This document shows positions 54,481 to 64,000 of a DNA stretch of 64,000 bases, piece by piece. A program made the translations under genes and the position numbers. The stretch spans positions 1,648 to 65,647 of the forward strand of contig JAQTTQ010000001.1 in NCBI GenBank assembly GCA_028710685.1, in the 5' to 3' direction. Every line of letters starts with the position of its first letter. Within the stretch, counting starts at the first letter, position 1. A model generated the notes under the pieces. It worked only from the letters and a program-made list of their open reading frames with translations, searched no databases and was not told where the DNA came from. The DNA is from Candidatus Omnitrophota bacterium (GTDB lineage Bacteria > Omnitrophota > Gorgyraeia > Gygaellales > Profunditerraquicolaceae).

Positions 54481-55722
54481 ATGCCCATTAAAATCAATAG
54501 CTTATTCAAGTGGCTTTATCCCGGAATAGGTGTTAAACGCTGGGTTATCTTAAGTTTCTTTGGTATTGTCATCTTGGTTTTCTCAGCCGGTAGGCTGCGA
54601 GGCGATGAATTCCTGTTTTTTAAGATACTGGATTCTATAATCTTATTCTCCGGGATTGTCATTTTGATCCTGGGGGTAAAAAGAATATTAAGGTCATTGA
54701 TCGCTGTTTTTGTACCGGAGTCAAGGGGGCTAGAGCTTTTTGATATAATTTACCAGAATAAGCAGGTTAACCGCGGGCCTAAGATAGCGGTAGTCGGAGG
54801 CGGCACAGGCCTTTCAGTGCTTTTAACCGGGCTTAAACAGTTTACCTCGAATATATCGGCAATAGTCACGGTTGCTGATGACGGAGGTTCTTCCGGAAGG
54901 ATAAGGGAGGAATTCGATATTTTGCCTCCCGGGGATATACGTAACTGCCTGGTGGCTTTAGCTGATGCCCCTGCTTTGATGCGTGATTTATTCCAGTTCC
55001 GTTTTGATACAAGTTCGCAGCTCTGTGGACATAGCTTCGGGAACCTTTTTATTACGGTAATGACCCGTTTAACCGGAGATTTTGAGAAGGCGATTAAAGA
55101 AACAAGCAAAGTATTGGCTTTACGCGGGCAGGTCATTCCTTCTACTTTAGATAAGGTAGTCTTAGCTGCTAAACATAAGGACGGGAGCGTTACTCTAGGC
55201 GAGAACAATATCCCTAAGACGCATCGTTCCATAGAAAAGGTTTATCTCAGTCCGGATAAACCCCAGGCAACTCCCGATGCTATAAAGGCTATAAAGGAAG
55301 CGCAGATTGTTGTTTTAGGCCCGGGTTCTCTTTATACAAGCATAATACCTAATCTTTTAATTAAAGAGATTACCGAAGCTATAGTTGCTTCGGATGCGGT
55401 TAAGGTTTATGTATGCAATGCTATGACCCAGCCGGGAGAGACCGATGGCTACAGCGCTTCGGAACATATAAGGTCTCTTATATCGCATTCGCATCCTAAG
55501 GTAATTGATTACTGTGTTGTGAATACCGCAGAGATGCCTAAAGATATATTAAGGCGGTATGCCCAACAGGGTTCATACCTGGTGGTAAATGACAGAAGAA
55601 AGATAGAGGAGATGGGTTATCGTATAGTTGAGGACGATTTTAGTATTATTGAAGACGCTTTAATCAGGCACGATCACCTTAAGCTGGCCAAGATTATTTT
55701 GGGGCTTATCGAGGAAATTTAA
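54481..55722 (+). CDS. YvcK/gluconeogenesis-factor (CofD-like, UPF0052) family protein with N-terminal TM segment
   Basis: KIAVVGGGTGLSVLLTGLK...VTVADDGGSSGRIREEFDILPPGDIRNCL matches the YvcK/CofD signature. Confidence 0.8.
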   Translation: MPIKINSLFKWLYPGIGVKRWVILSFFGIVILVFSAGRLRGDEFLFFKILDSIILFSGIVILILGVKRILRSLIAVFVPESRGLELFDIIYQNKQVNRGPKIAVVGGGTGLSVLLTGLKQFTSNISAIVTVADDGGSSGRIREEFDILPPGDIRNCLVALADAPALMRDLFQFRFDTSSQLCGHSFGNLFITVMTRLTGDFEKAIKETSKVLALRGQVIPSTLDKVVLAAKHKDGSVTLGENNIPKTHRSIEKVYLSPDKPQATPDAIKAIKEAQIVVLGPGSLYTSIIPNLLIKEITEAIVASDAVKVYVCNAMTQPGETDGYSASEHIRSLISHSHPKVIDYCVVNTAEMPKDILRRYAQQGSYLVVNDRRKIEEMGYRIVEDDFSIIEDALIRHDHLKLAKIILGLIEEI

Positions 55723-55991
55723 TGGCTACCGTTAAAAAAGAATTAGTGGTGAAGAATAAGCAGGGCTTGCATGCCCGGCCTGCCGCATTATTTGTGCAGA
55801 TAGCCAATAAATTCGATTCGCGTATTACCGTCAGGCGCGATGATGAAGAGGTGAACGGCAAGTCTATCATGGGTATACTGATGCTTGGCGCTGAAAAGGG
55901 TAGCTCTATTATTATTGAGGCAGACGGGGAAGATGCGTCTCTTGCAATGGAAGAGTTAGAGAGAATTATTATGTCAGAGGAAGAGTTATGA
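55722..55991 (+). CDS. HPr-family phosphocarrier protein (NPr-like)
   Basis: Active-site region VVKNKQGLHARPAALFVQ (His15 context). 89 aa. Confidence 0.85.
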   Translation: MATVKKELVVKNKQGLHARPAALFVQIANKFDSRITVRRDDEEVNGKSIMGILMLGAEKGSSIIIEADGEDASLAMEELERIIMSEEEL

Positions 55992-57718
55992 TAGAGCTTA
56001 AAGGCATAGCTGCGGCTAATGGTATAAGCATAGGAATCGCCCATAAAATCGGTAAGGAGGACTTTATTGTCCCTAAGGATAATATTACCGAGGCCCAGAT
56101 CCCCTTAGAGATACAGCTTTTCGAAGAGGCGTTGATTAAGACACGCAGGGAGATTATTGAGCTTCAGAAGCGGATAGGTTCCGATATGGGCAAGAACGAG
56201 GCTCAGATTTTTGATGCGCATCTATTGGTTTTAGAAGACCGAATGCTCATTGAAGAGGTGATATCCCGACTGAAGAAAGATAAATTAAACGTTGCCTTTA
56301 TTTTTCAGGAGGTTTTAAAAAAATATGTATCTGTTTTTGCCAAGATTGAAGATGAGTACCTGAAGGAGCGCATCTCTGACATCAATGATGTCGGAAAGAG
56401 AATTTTAAGGAATATCTTAGGCAAAGAGAGAAAGGGATTAAGCGAGCTTAAGGATAAGGTAATAATTGTAGCCCATGATCTCTCGCCTTCGGATACCGCG
56501 GCTATGCATAAGAGGCGGGTTTCGGCTTTTGTCACGGATGTAGGAGGAAAAACTTCGCATACCGCGATTATGGCTAAATCCCTTGAGATACCTGCTGTGG
56601 TAGGCGTCCAGGATGCCACAACTGAGATTAATGCCGGGGATATGCTGATCGTAGACGGGGCGCTGGGGCTTGTTATTGTTAATCCCGATCAGAAGACCCT
56701 GGATTTATATCATACCGCAGAGGAGAAGTTAAGGGGAGTTAATGAGAAGTTCCTTTCGGCTAAAGACCTTCCCGCAATAACCTTAGACGGGGTCAAGGTG
56801 GAGATAAATGCGAATATCGAGTTCCCAGATGAAGTCCCGGGAGTAAAGTTGCACGGCGGAGAAGGGATAGGTCTTTATCGTACGGAGTTTTTCTACATGA
56901 ACCGGAAAGACTCGCCTTCAGAGGATGAGCATTATCTTGCGTATAAATATGTCGCCGAGCAGATGAACCCTTATCCGGTTATTATACGCACTATAGATCT
57001 GGGGGGAGACAAATTCTTATCGCAATTTCAAATTCCTCATGAAATGCAGCCATTTTTGGGCTGGAGGGCCATACGTTTTTGTCTGGCGCGCCCTGAGATA
57101 TTCAAGCTGCAATTAAGGGCTATCTTGAGGGCCTCAGTCCACGGGAACCTAAAACTTATGTATCCGATGATATCCGGGATCGAAGAATTACGCCAGGCCA
57201 ACAAGATACTCGATGAGGCAAGGGAAGAGCTTAGGTCTAAAGGAATTCCTTTTGATGAGGATATCCAGGTAGGCGCTATGATTGAGGTTCCCTCTGCTGC
57301 GATGACCGCGGATATATTAGCAGAAGAGGCAGATTTCTTTAGTATCGGCAGCAATGACCTGATTCAGTATTCTCTGGCAGTTGACCGGGCTAACGAAAAG
57401 GTGGCCTATCTTTATGAGCCTGCCCATCCCGCGGTTTTAAGGCTTATTAAGAATGTTATCGATTCTGCACATAAGGGGGATATAAACGTAGGGATGTGCG
57501 GAGAGATGGCCGGTGAGCCCAGCCTAGCTTTAATACTTTTAGGAATGGGGCTTGATGAGTTCAGTATGCCGCCTCAGGTTATACCGGAGTTGAAATATCT
57601 AATCCGCTCAATTACCTTGGCGCAGGCTAAAGAAATTGCAAATGAGGCATTAAAGCTTCCTACCGGGAGAGAGGTGGAGGATTATGCCCAGTCGAAATTA
57701 AAGGAGATTTTAAAATAA
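55988..57718 (+). CDS. ptsI: phosphoenolpyruvate-protein phosphotransferase (PTS enzyme I)
   Basis: Phospho-His region GGKTSHTAIMAKSLEIPAVVG, the PEP-binding TIM barrel and a 576-aa length. There is no N-terminal GAF domain. Confidence 0.9.
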   Translation: MIELKGIAAANGISIGIAHKIGKEDFIVPKDNITEAQIPLEIQLFEEALIKTRREIIELQKRIGSDMGKNEAQIFDAHLLVLEDRMLIEEVISRLKKDKLNVAFIFQEVLKKYVSVFAKIEDEYLKERISDINDVGKRILRNILGKERKGLSELKDKVIIVAHDLSPSDTAAMHKRRVSAFVTDVGGKTSHTAIMAKSLEIPAVVGVQDATTEINAGDMLIVDGALGLVIVNPDQKTLDLYHTAEEKLRGVNEKFLSAKDLPAITLDGVKVEINANIEFPDEVPGVKLHGGEGIGLYRTEFFYMNRKDSPSEDEHYLAYKYVAEQMNPYPVIIRTIDLGGDKFLSQFQIPHEMQPFLGWRAIRFCLARPEIFKLQLRAILRASVHGNLKLMYPMISGIEELRQANKILDEAREELRSKGIPFDEDIQVGAMIEVPSAAMTADILAEEADFFSIGSNDLIQYSLAVDRANEKVAYLYEPAHPAVLRLIKNVIDSAHKGDINVGMCGEMAGEPSLALILLGMGLDEFSMPPQVIPELKYLIRSITLAQAKEIANEALKLPTGREVEDYAQSKLKEILK

Positions 57719-58452
57719 AAGCTTTAATTCTAGCCGCAGGTTATGCTACCAGGCTTTATCCTTTAACAAAGGAATATCCTAAACCGTTACTGAAGGTTAA
57801 GAACAAGCCGATTATTAATTATATAATTAATAATCTCAGCTCGGTTAAGATTATCGATGAGTTAATCGTAGTTACTAACAGCAAATTTATCGGAAAGTTC
57901 AGGCAATGGAAATTACGGCTTAAAGGTGGAAAGAAGATAACCTTAGTCGATGACCAAACCAAAAGTAATGAAGACCGGCTGGGGGCAATAGGGGACATAA
58001 ACTTTGTTTTAAGGAATAAACGCATCAAGAGCGATCTTTTGGTTATCGGAGGGGATAACTTATTTAGCGGCAACCTTAACGCATTTGTCAATTTCGCGCT
58101 TAATAATAAGCCTAATACGACAATCGGCGCCTATAGGCTGAAGAACAAAATAGATGCAAGCAAATATGGCGTGCTTAAGGTTGACAAAAATCATAAAGTT
58201 GTGGCATTTAAAGAAAAACCCAAGAGACCAAATTCCCCTTTAGTGGCGATGTGCCTGTATTATATCCCGAGAAAACAGTTTCATCTAATCGGTAATTATA
58301 TGAAACTTAATAAGAATAAAGTGGATGCCACCGGCAAGTATATAGGCTGGCTGAAAAAGAAGGCGGATATATTTTGTTTTGAGTTTAAGGGTTCCTGGTT
58401 TGATATAGGCGACCATAAGTATTTGGCTGCGGCAAAAAAGAATTTTAAATAA
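57715..58452 (+). CDS. sugar-phosphate nucleotidyltransferase (NTP_transferase family) without a canonical start codon
   Basis: The frame is continuous from 57646 to 58452 and encodes (x)KALILAAGYATRLYPLTKEYPKPLLKVKNKPII..., the classic N-terminus of G1P nucleotidyltransferases. The first in-frame ATG/GTG/TTG is not reached until 58039. Codon ATA at 57715 follows the AAGGAG RBS (57701-57706) by 8 nt and overlaps the ptsI stop. Confidence 0.55.
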   Translation: MKALILAAGYATRLYPLTKEYPKPLLKVKNKPIINYIINNLSSVKIIDELIVVTNSKFIGKFRQWKLRLKGGKKITLVDDQTKSNEDRLGAIGDINFVLRNKRIKSDLLVIGGDNLFSGNLNAFVNFALNNKPNTTIGAYRLKNKIDASKYGVLKVDKNHKVVAFKEKPKRPNSPLVAMCLYYIPRKQFHLIGNYMKLNKNKVDATGKYIGWLKKKADIFCFEFKGSWFDIGDHKYLAAAKKNFK

Positions 58453-58473
58453 AAATATAAAGGAGGTATTGAG

Positions 58474-59643
58474 ATGTCGCGTAAGTATTTTTTTACTTCA
58501 GAGTCAGTTGGTGAGGGTCATCCGGATAAGGTATGCGATCAGATATCCGACGCAGTATTGGATAAGGTATTATCTTTGGATAAGGATGCAAAAAAAAGCC
58601 GGGTTGCCTGCGAGACCTATGTGACTATGGGCCTTTTGATAGTGGGCGGTGAAATTACGACTAATGCCTATATTGATATACAGAAATTAGCCCGGGAAGT
58701 TGTCAGGGATATCGGCTATACGCATCCTAAGTACGGATTTGATTATAATACCTGTGCAATTGTAAATACTATCAATGCCCAGTCTCCTGACATTGCCCAG
58801 GGCGTAAATACCGGAGGCGCAGGGGATCAGGGCATTATGTTCGGGTATGCCTGCAGCGAGACTTCTGAGCTAATGCCTCTTCCTATAACTTTAGCGCATA
58901 GGTTGGTTAAGCGTATGGCTGACGTACGCAGGGCTAATACTCTTAGCTATTTAGGGCCTGATTGTAAATCCCAGGTTACGGTTGAATATGAGAATGGAGA
59001 GCCTAAGCGCGTTGACTCCGTTGTCATTGCCTGCCAGCATACCGATGATATACTGGATGCCTCGGGTAAGAATATTACCTCTAAGGCGCGCTCTGAGATG
59101 ATTAAGGTTATCGCTGGCCCTGTTTTAAAGGGCTTTGCAGATAAGAATACTAAATATTTTGTGAACCAAACAGGCAAGTTTGTAGTGGGCGGGCCTCAAT
59201 CGGATACGGGTATGACCGGAAGGAAGATCGTCGTCGATACTTACGGCGGAAGCATTGCCCATGGCGGAGGGGCATTCTCGGGTAAAGACCCCACTAAGGT
59301 GGATCGTTCGGCAGCGTATATGTGCAGGTATATTGCCAAGAATATTGTAGCTGCCAAATTAGCAGAGAGATTTATGGTCCAGTTATCTTATGTCATCGGT
59401 TATGCAGAACCACTTTCTATTTTTGTAGATACTTATGGCACAGGCAAGATCTCTGATGATAAGCTGGTAAAGTTAATCCGTCAGAACTTCGAGCTTACCC
59501 CTAAGGGGATAATCTCTTGTTTAAGATTGCTTACGCCTATTTATAAGAAGACTGCCTGTTACGGGCACTTTGGCAGGGATGGTTTCAGCTGGGAGAAAAC
59601 AGACAAGGCTGCTGCCCTTAAGCTGCAGGCGGGTAGATTATAA
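58474..59643 (+). CDS. metK: S-adenosylmethionine synthetase
   Basis: [24 protein letters not shown] and [19 protein letters not shown] motifs. 389 aa. Confidence 0.95.
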   Translation: MSRKYFFTSESVGEGHPDKVCDQISDAVLDKVLSLDKDAKKSRVACETYVTMGLLIVGGEITTNAYIDIQKLAREVVRDIGYTHPKYGFDYNTCAIVNTINAQSPDIAQGVNTGGAGDQGIMFGYACSETSELMPLPITLAHRLVKRMADVRRANTLSYLGPDCKSQVTVEYENGEPKRVDSVVIACQHTDDILDASGKNITSKARSEMIKVIAGPVLKGFADKNTKYFVNQTGKFVVGGPQSDTGMTGRKIVVDTYGGSIAHGGGAFSGKDPTKVDRSAAYMCRYIAKNIVAAKLAERFMVQLSYVIGYAEPLSIFVDTYGTGKISDDKLVKLIRQNFELTPKGIISCLRLLTPIYKKTACYGHFGRDGFSWEKTDKAAALKLQAGRL

Positions 59644-59655
59644 AAAGGAGAAATA

Positions 59656-60912
59656 ATGAAATATGATGTTAAGGATATCGGGTTAGCCGCTAGAGGGGCA
59701 TTAAGAATTGAATGGGCAAGTAATAATATGCCGGTTTTAAATTTGATAAAACAAAGGTTTCTGAAGGAAAAGCCGTTAAGGGGTTTAAAGGTGGCTGCTT
59801 GTTTGCATGTGACTACAGAGACGGGTGTCTTGGCTGAAGTCCTTAAGGCAGGCGGGGCTGAAGTTTTTATTTGCGCCTCTAATCCTCTTTCAACCCAGGA
59901 TGACGTTGCCGCGTCTTTGGTCAAAAACCTTAAGGTCTCGGTTTTTTCTATTAAAGGAGAAGATACCAAGACTTATTACAGCCACATTAAATCTGCTCTT
60001 GAGGTAAAACCGGATATTACTATGGATGACGGGGCTGATCTGGTCAGCACAATACATCAGCGCCCTGCTCATTTGCATAGCAATATCATCGGAGGGACTG
60101 AAGAAACTACTACCGGCGTAATCAGGTTAAAGGCCCTTGCCAGCGAAAATAAGCTCCGCTATCCGATTATTGCGGTAAATGATGCCCTGACTAAGCATTT
60201 ATTTGATAATCGTTACGGAACCGGCCAGTCTACCCTTGATGGTATTATCCGCGCTACCAATAAGCTTATCGCCGGAAGCAACTTTGTAGTCGCCGGATAC
60301 GGCTGGTGCGGTAAGGGTGTGGCCATGCGTGCCAAAGGAATGGGTGCCAAGGTAATAGTTATAGAGATAGACCCCCTGCGCGCCTTAGAGGCGGTAATGG
60401 ATGGGTTTGAAGTAATGCCGATAATGCAGGCAGCGAGAATCGGCGATATCTTTGTAACCGTAACCGGAGATATTAATGTCATACGCAGGGAGCATTTTAA
60501 GGTGATGAAGGACGGCGCAATAGTTTCTAACTCGGGGCATTTTAATGTTGAGTTGGATATCGACGGGCTGAAGCTGCTTTCTAAGGCTAAGAAGGTAATC
60601 CGTGATTTTGTGGAAGAGTATACTTTAAAAGACGGCCGCAGGATATATCTTTTGGGCGAGGGCAGGCTTATTAATTTAGCCGCAGCAGAGGGGCATCCGG
60701 CATCAGTAATGGATATGTCTTTTGCCAATCAGGCGCTTTCCGCCGAATATATGGCGAAGAATTATAAAAGGCTAAAGAAACAGGTTTACAGCGTACCTGA
60801 TAATATCGATAAGAATATTGCTTTCTTGAAATTAAAATCTTTAGGGGTTAAAATAGATGTACTGACCTCACAGCAGAAGAAGTACCTGGCAAGCTGGGAG
60901 ATGGGAACCTGA
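59656..60912 (+). CDS. ahcY: adenosylhomocysteinase (short, archaeal/bacterial ~415-aa type)
   Basis: N-terminus [25 protein letters not shown]-binding segment [18 protein letters not shown]. 418 aa. Confidence 0.9.
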   Translation: MKYDVKDIGLAARGALRIEWASNNMPVLNLIKQRFLKEKPLRGLKVAACLHVTTETGVLAEVLKAGGAEVFICASNPLSTQDDVAASLVKNLKVSVFSIKGEDTKTYYSHIKSALEVKPDITMDDGADLVSTIHQRPAHLHSNIIGGTEETTTGVIRLKALASENKLRYPIIAVNDALTKHLFDNRYGTGQSTLDGIIRATNKLIAGSNFVVAGYGWCGKGVAMRAKGMGAKVIVIEIDPLRALEAVMDGFEVMPIMQAARIGDIFVTVTGDINVIRREHFKVMKDGAIVSNSGHFNVELDIDGLKLLSKAKKVIRDFVEEYTLKDGRRIYLLGEGRLINLAAAEGHPASVMDMSFANQALSAEYMAKNYKRLKKQVYSVPDNIDKNIAFLKLKSLGVKIDVLTSQQKKYLASWEMGT

Positions 60913-60956
60913 TAAATAATTTTTTAATAAATTAACGATATTAAAAAGGAGGCATT

Positions 60957-62645
60957 ATGCCCGGGATTAAAGAGAAAATCATTATTTCGGTAATTTTTTC
61001 TTTAGCCTTGCCTTTTTTTGTTTATGCCCAGGATATCCAGGCTGATTCGAAGATTTCAGCTGTAACTATTTATTCCGGAGATGCCCTTATCAAGAGGGTT
61101 GCGCAGGTCAAATTACCCCAGGGGGAGAACCGGGTAATCTTTGCGGATTTAATACCTGAAATCGACGAAAATTCACTTCGCGTATCCGCAGAGGGTAGCG
61201 CCAGTGTTAAAATTCTGGGGGCCTATATAAAAAAGGAATTTCTAAAAGAACAACCGGTTGATAAGGTAAGAGCAATACAGGCTCAGATTTTAAGGCTTGA
61301 GGATGAGGTCCGCAAGTTTAATGATGCAAAAAAAAGGCTGGCCGATGAGAAATCTTTCCTTGATTCAATACGTTTATTTTCCAAAGAACAGCTGCCTAAG
61401 GATTTGGCTACAAAGATGCCGGCGATCAAAGATTTAAGCGATATGTTGACCTTTCTTGATTCTAAGCTTAAGGACAATTATGCCCAGGTGGTAGATTCTG
61501 AATTAAACATCCGTGATTTAAGAAAGCAGATTGAGGTATTGCACCGGCAGCTTGCTGAGATTTCTGCTCCCACGCAGAAGATGAAGCGCTCAATTGTGGT
61601 GGAGCTTGATGTGTTAAAGGCAGGAAGTTTAAATATCGATATATCTTATAGGGTTGGCGGGGCATATTGGTATCCTTTATATGATGCAAGGGTTAATTTT
61701 GATAAAAAGGAGACGGAGCTTGTATCTTTTGCCTCGGTTAAGCAGAATACAGGGGAAGATTGGCAGGATGTCCAGATCTCCCTATCTACGGCAAAGGTAA
61801 ATGTTTCAGGGGTGCTTCCTGAGATCGAGCCGTGGTTCTTAAGGCCGTATCAGCCAAGAAAACAGACAAGGGTAGGTAGCGCTGTGCTCAGCCAGAAGAT
61901 GGATTTAGAAAGAAATTTCCTCGCAGCCGGGCAACAGATGGAACCTTATTTTACTGAGGAGCCTGCTGCCGCTATCCCTGCCGAATATGATTATGCCCAG
62001 CAGGAAGATAAAGGGATTTCTCTTGTTTATAGGATACAACGCTTAGCATCCGTAAAATCGGGTGGAGAGGAGTATAGGCTTGCGGTCTTAAGCCAGGTTT
62101 TAACTTCATCATTTATTTATTCCGCATATCCCAGGCTTTCTACTTTTGCCTATCTCGGCAGCAGGGTGACTAACGCTAAAGACCTGCAGCTTCTAGGGGG
62201 GAGAGTAAATGTTTTTCTTGACGGGGATTTTGTGGGAGTTTCCCAGGTTAAGAATATCGCGCCAAGTGAAGAGTTCGATCTTTATCTGGGGGTAGATGAA
62301 AATGTAAAAGTAAAAAGGGAGTTATTGGAAAAGAAAGTTGATGAGACTCTTTTTGCCGGTATCCCTGCCACCATCAAGAAGACCATATACAGGTATAAGG
62401 TTACCGTCGAGAATTATAAATCTAAAGATATAAAAGCCAAGATTTTTGAGGCTATTCCCGTATCCGCAGATGACAGGATCAAGGTTAAGGTTGACAAGAT
62501 AAGCCTTGAGCCGTCTTTAAAAGACTACAAGGATAAAAAGGGGATCTGGGTGTGGGAATTCGACCTTAAGCCTACAGAAAAGAAGGAAATATTCTATAAT
62601 TATATTATTGAACATCCCCGTGATATGGAGATAGAAGGGCTATGA
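60957..62645 (+). CDS. secreted DUF4139/DUF4140-family protein (MuiA-like) with a central coiled coil
   Basis: Signal peptide, an N-terminal beta-rich domain (ISAVTIYSGDALIKRVAQVKLPQGENRVIFADL), a coiled-coil middle and a C-terminal beta domain. The family assignment is from memory. Confidence 0.55.
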   Translation: MPGIKEKIIISVIFSLALPFFVYAQDIQADSKISAVTIYSGDALIKRVAQVKLPQGENRVIFADLIPEIDENSLRVSAEGSASVKILGAYIKKEFLKEQPVDKVRAIQAQILRLEDEVRKFNDAKKRLADEKSFLDSIRLFSKEQLPKDLATKMPAIKDLSDMLTFLDSKLKDNYAQVVDSELNIRDLRKQIEVLHRQLAEISAPTQKMKRSIVVELDVLKAGSLNIDISYRVGGAYWYPLYDARVNFDKKETELVSFASVKQNTGEDWQDVQISLSTAKVNVSGVLPEIEPWFLRPYQPRKQTRVGSAVLSQKMDLERNFLAAGQQMEPYFTEEPAAAIPAEYDYAQQEDKGISLVYRIQRLASVKSGGEEYRLAVLSQVLTSSFIYSAYPRLSTFAYLGSRVTNAKDLQLLGGRVNVFLDGDFVGVSQVKNIAPSEEFDLYLGVDENVKVKRELLEKKVDETLFAGIPATIKKTIYRYKVTVENYKSKDIKAKIFEAIPVSADDRIKVKVDKISLEPSLKDYKDKKGIWVWEFDLKPTEKKEIFYNYIIEHPRDMEIEGL

Positions 62646-63601
62646 AGAGGATAGCAGTATTGACTACAGGCGGAGATGCCCCGGGGATGAATCCGGCGAT
62701 ACGCTCAGTCGTGCGTTACGGAATCTCTAAGAATTTAAAGGTTTTAGGAATAATGCGCGGATGGTGGGGGTTGGTTAATGAAGAATTAAGAGAGTTTGAT
62801 CACCATTCGGTATCCGGCATAATCAGCCAGGGGGGGACAATTTTAAAGACCGGCCGTTGCCCCGAATTTGCGAAGAAGGAGTATCAGGACCGGGCATTTA
62901 ATACTATAAAGAAGAACGCTATCGACGGGCTGGTGGTTATCGGAGGTAACGGGAGTTTCACCGCTGCACATCATTTTGGAGAGACCTATAATGTAGCGTG
63001 TGTGGGCATCCCCGCATCGATAGATAATGATATAAACGGCATAGATTTAACTATAGGTTCAGATACTGCCATTAATACCGCATTAGCGGCAGTAGATAAT
63101 ATTCGCGATACTGCAACTAGCATGGAGAGGATATTTGTTATTGAGGTAATGGGCAGAGAATGCGGTTTTATTGCCCTTTCAGTTGCCCTGGCAGGCGGAT
63201 GCGAAGATGTGCTTATCCCGGAATTAAAGCCTGATTGGGAGAGGATGTGCCATGATATTGTCCAGGGGAATATACGCGGTAAATTAAGCTGGATTGTGGT
63301 AGTGGCAGAAGGCGCAGGAAGCGCAATTGACATAGCAAATAAAATAACCGAGTTTACCTCTCTTGAAACCCGTGCCGTAGTATTGGGCCATGTCCAAAGA
63401 GGGGGCAGGCCAACCGCTTTCAGCAGGGATTTGGCTTTGCGTTTAGGCGAGGCAGCGGTAGATTCACTGCTAAAAGGACGGAGGAATATAGCTGTAGGCT
63501 TATGTTGCGGCAAGATAAGCGAGGTGGATTTTGCCACCGCTATAAAAAAGAAGGAAATAAAGGCCGAATATTGGTATAATCTTATTAAAACCCTTACCTA
63601 A
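62642..63601 (+). CDS. pfkA: ATP-dependent 6-phosphofructokinase
   Basis: RIAVLTTGGDAPGMNPAIRSVV and GGNGSF/GIPASIDND motifs. 319 aa. Confidence 0.9.
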   Translation: MKRIAVLTTGGDAPGMNPAIRSVVRYGISKNLKVLGIMRGWWGLVNEELREFDHHSVSGIISQGGTILKTGRCPEFAKKEYQDRAFNTIKKNAIDGLVVIGGNGSFTAAHHFGETYNVACVGIPASIDNDINGIDLTIGSDTAINTALAAVDNIRDTATSMERIFVIEVMGRECGFIALSVALAGGCEDVLIPELKPDWERMCHDIVQGNIRGKLSWIVVVAEGAGSAIDIANKITEFTSLETRAVVLGHVQRGGRPTAFSRDLALRLGEAAVDSLLKGRRNIAVGLCCGKISEVDFATAIKKKEIKAEYWYNLIKTLT

Positions 63602-63632
63602 GGGTTGATCATGAAAGGAGCAGGCAGATAAG

Positions 63633-64000
63633 ATGGGTAGAAAGACTTTAAGTATTGATAAAATTGTGATGGAATTAGTCTTTGCTGATGATGCCTCAAC
63701 TAAAAAGGAATTATCTAAGAAAATCCTGGGGATAGCTTATAAAAAAGGTATTTATCCTTCTAGTATCCATGAACTTTATATGGCAGCGGGCAGGGGAGAG
63801 GTTTGCGGTTTTACGGTGCCGGCGATTAATTTAAGAAGCATGTCTTATGATTTAGCGCGCGCCATTTTCCGGACTGCCTTAAAAAATAACAGCGGCGCGT
63901 TTATTTTTGAGATTGCGAAATCTGAGATGGGTTATACCTCTCAACCCCCTGCAGAGTTTACCGGCGTTATTTTAGCTGCGGCCGTAAGGGAGGGATGGAA
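63633..64000 (+). CDS. class II aldolase-family protein, 5' part only (possible fructose-bisphosphate aldolase)
   Basis: ATG at 63633 after a GAAAGGAG RBS. GFTVPAINLRSM...AIFRTALKNNSGAFIFEIAKSE resembles the FNVNN(L/M)E...SPVIL N-terminal region of class II FBA/tagatose aldolases. It runs off the window end. Confidence 0.4.
   Translation, partial: MGRKTLSIDKIVMELVFADDASTKKELSKKILGIAYKKGIYPSSIHELYMAAGRGEVCGFTVPAINLRSMSYDLARAIFRTALKNNSGAFIFEIAKSEMGYTSQPPAEFTGVILAAAVREGW

Noticed and set aside
57819-58091. 90-aa minus-strand ORF between ptsI and metK
   Set aside because: The plus strand across the same region encodes a continuous, strongly conserved nucleotidyltransferase N-terminus (KALILAAGYATRLYPLT...). 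The minus ORF is a shadow frame.

Overview
This 64 kb window is a densely packed, almost entirely plus-strand chromosomal segment from a moderately AT-rich bacterium. LpxB, an MsbA-like exporter and an ExbBD pair are present, so it has an outer membrane. All genes can be assigned to known families; no mobile element, CRISPR array or rRNA is present.

- **Overall content.** About 10.6–38.4 kb is a nitrogen/glutamine-assimilation supercluster: nadE, lrp, an aminotransferase, a GAF-ANTAR regulator, an ECF-type sigma factor, amt-glnK-glnN (type III glutamine synthetase), a Fis-family protein, gltBD, pyrG-carA-carB(N-terminal half)-purF, and nfnAB-gdhA. The 3' half carries housekeeping genes, a Lys-Leu-Gly tRNA cluster and a regulatory PTS-Ntr module.
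- **Main finding.** Five operon leaders share one design: a short-stem hairpin with a hexaloop A-N-(U/A)-G-N-N (A at position 1, G at position 4), whose 3' arm overlaps or lies just upstream of the 5' arm of an intrinsic terminator placed just before the RBS. The operons are sigma, amt-glnK, fis-gltBD, pyrG-carAB-purF and nfnAB-gdhA. This is the architecture expected for ANTAR-type antitermination, and a GAF-ANTAR protein is encoded immediately upstream. The amt and gltB leaders are also about 70% identical over roughly 85 nt and show a covarying hairpin.
- **Smaller observations.** Tandem NrdR boxes precede nrdJ. Three promoters look leaderless. carB is split. A sugar nucleotidyltransferase lacks a canonical start codon. 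A tRNA-Lys 3' fragment is directly repeated. A KaiC-like/PEP-binding fusion protein follows gltD. An HD-GYP gene overlaps an upstream gene that shares its N-terminal domain.
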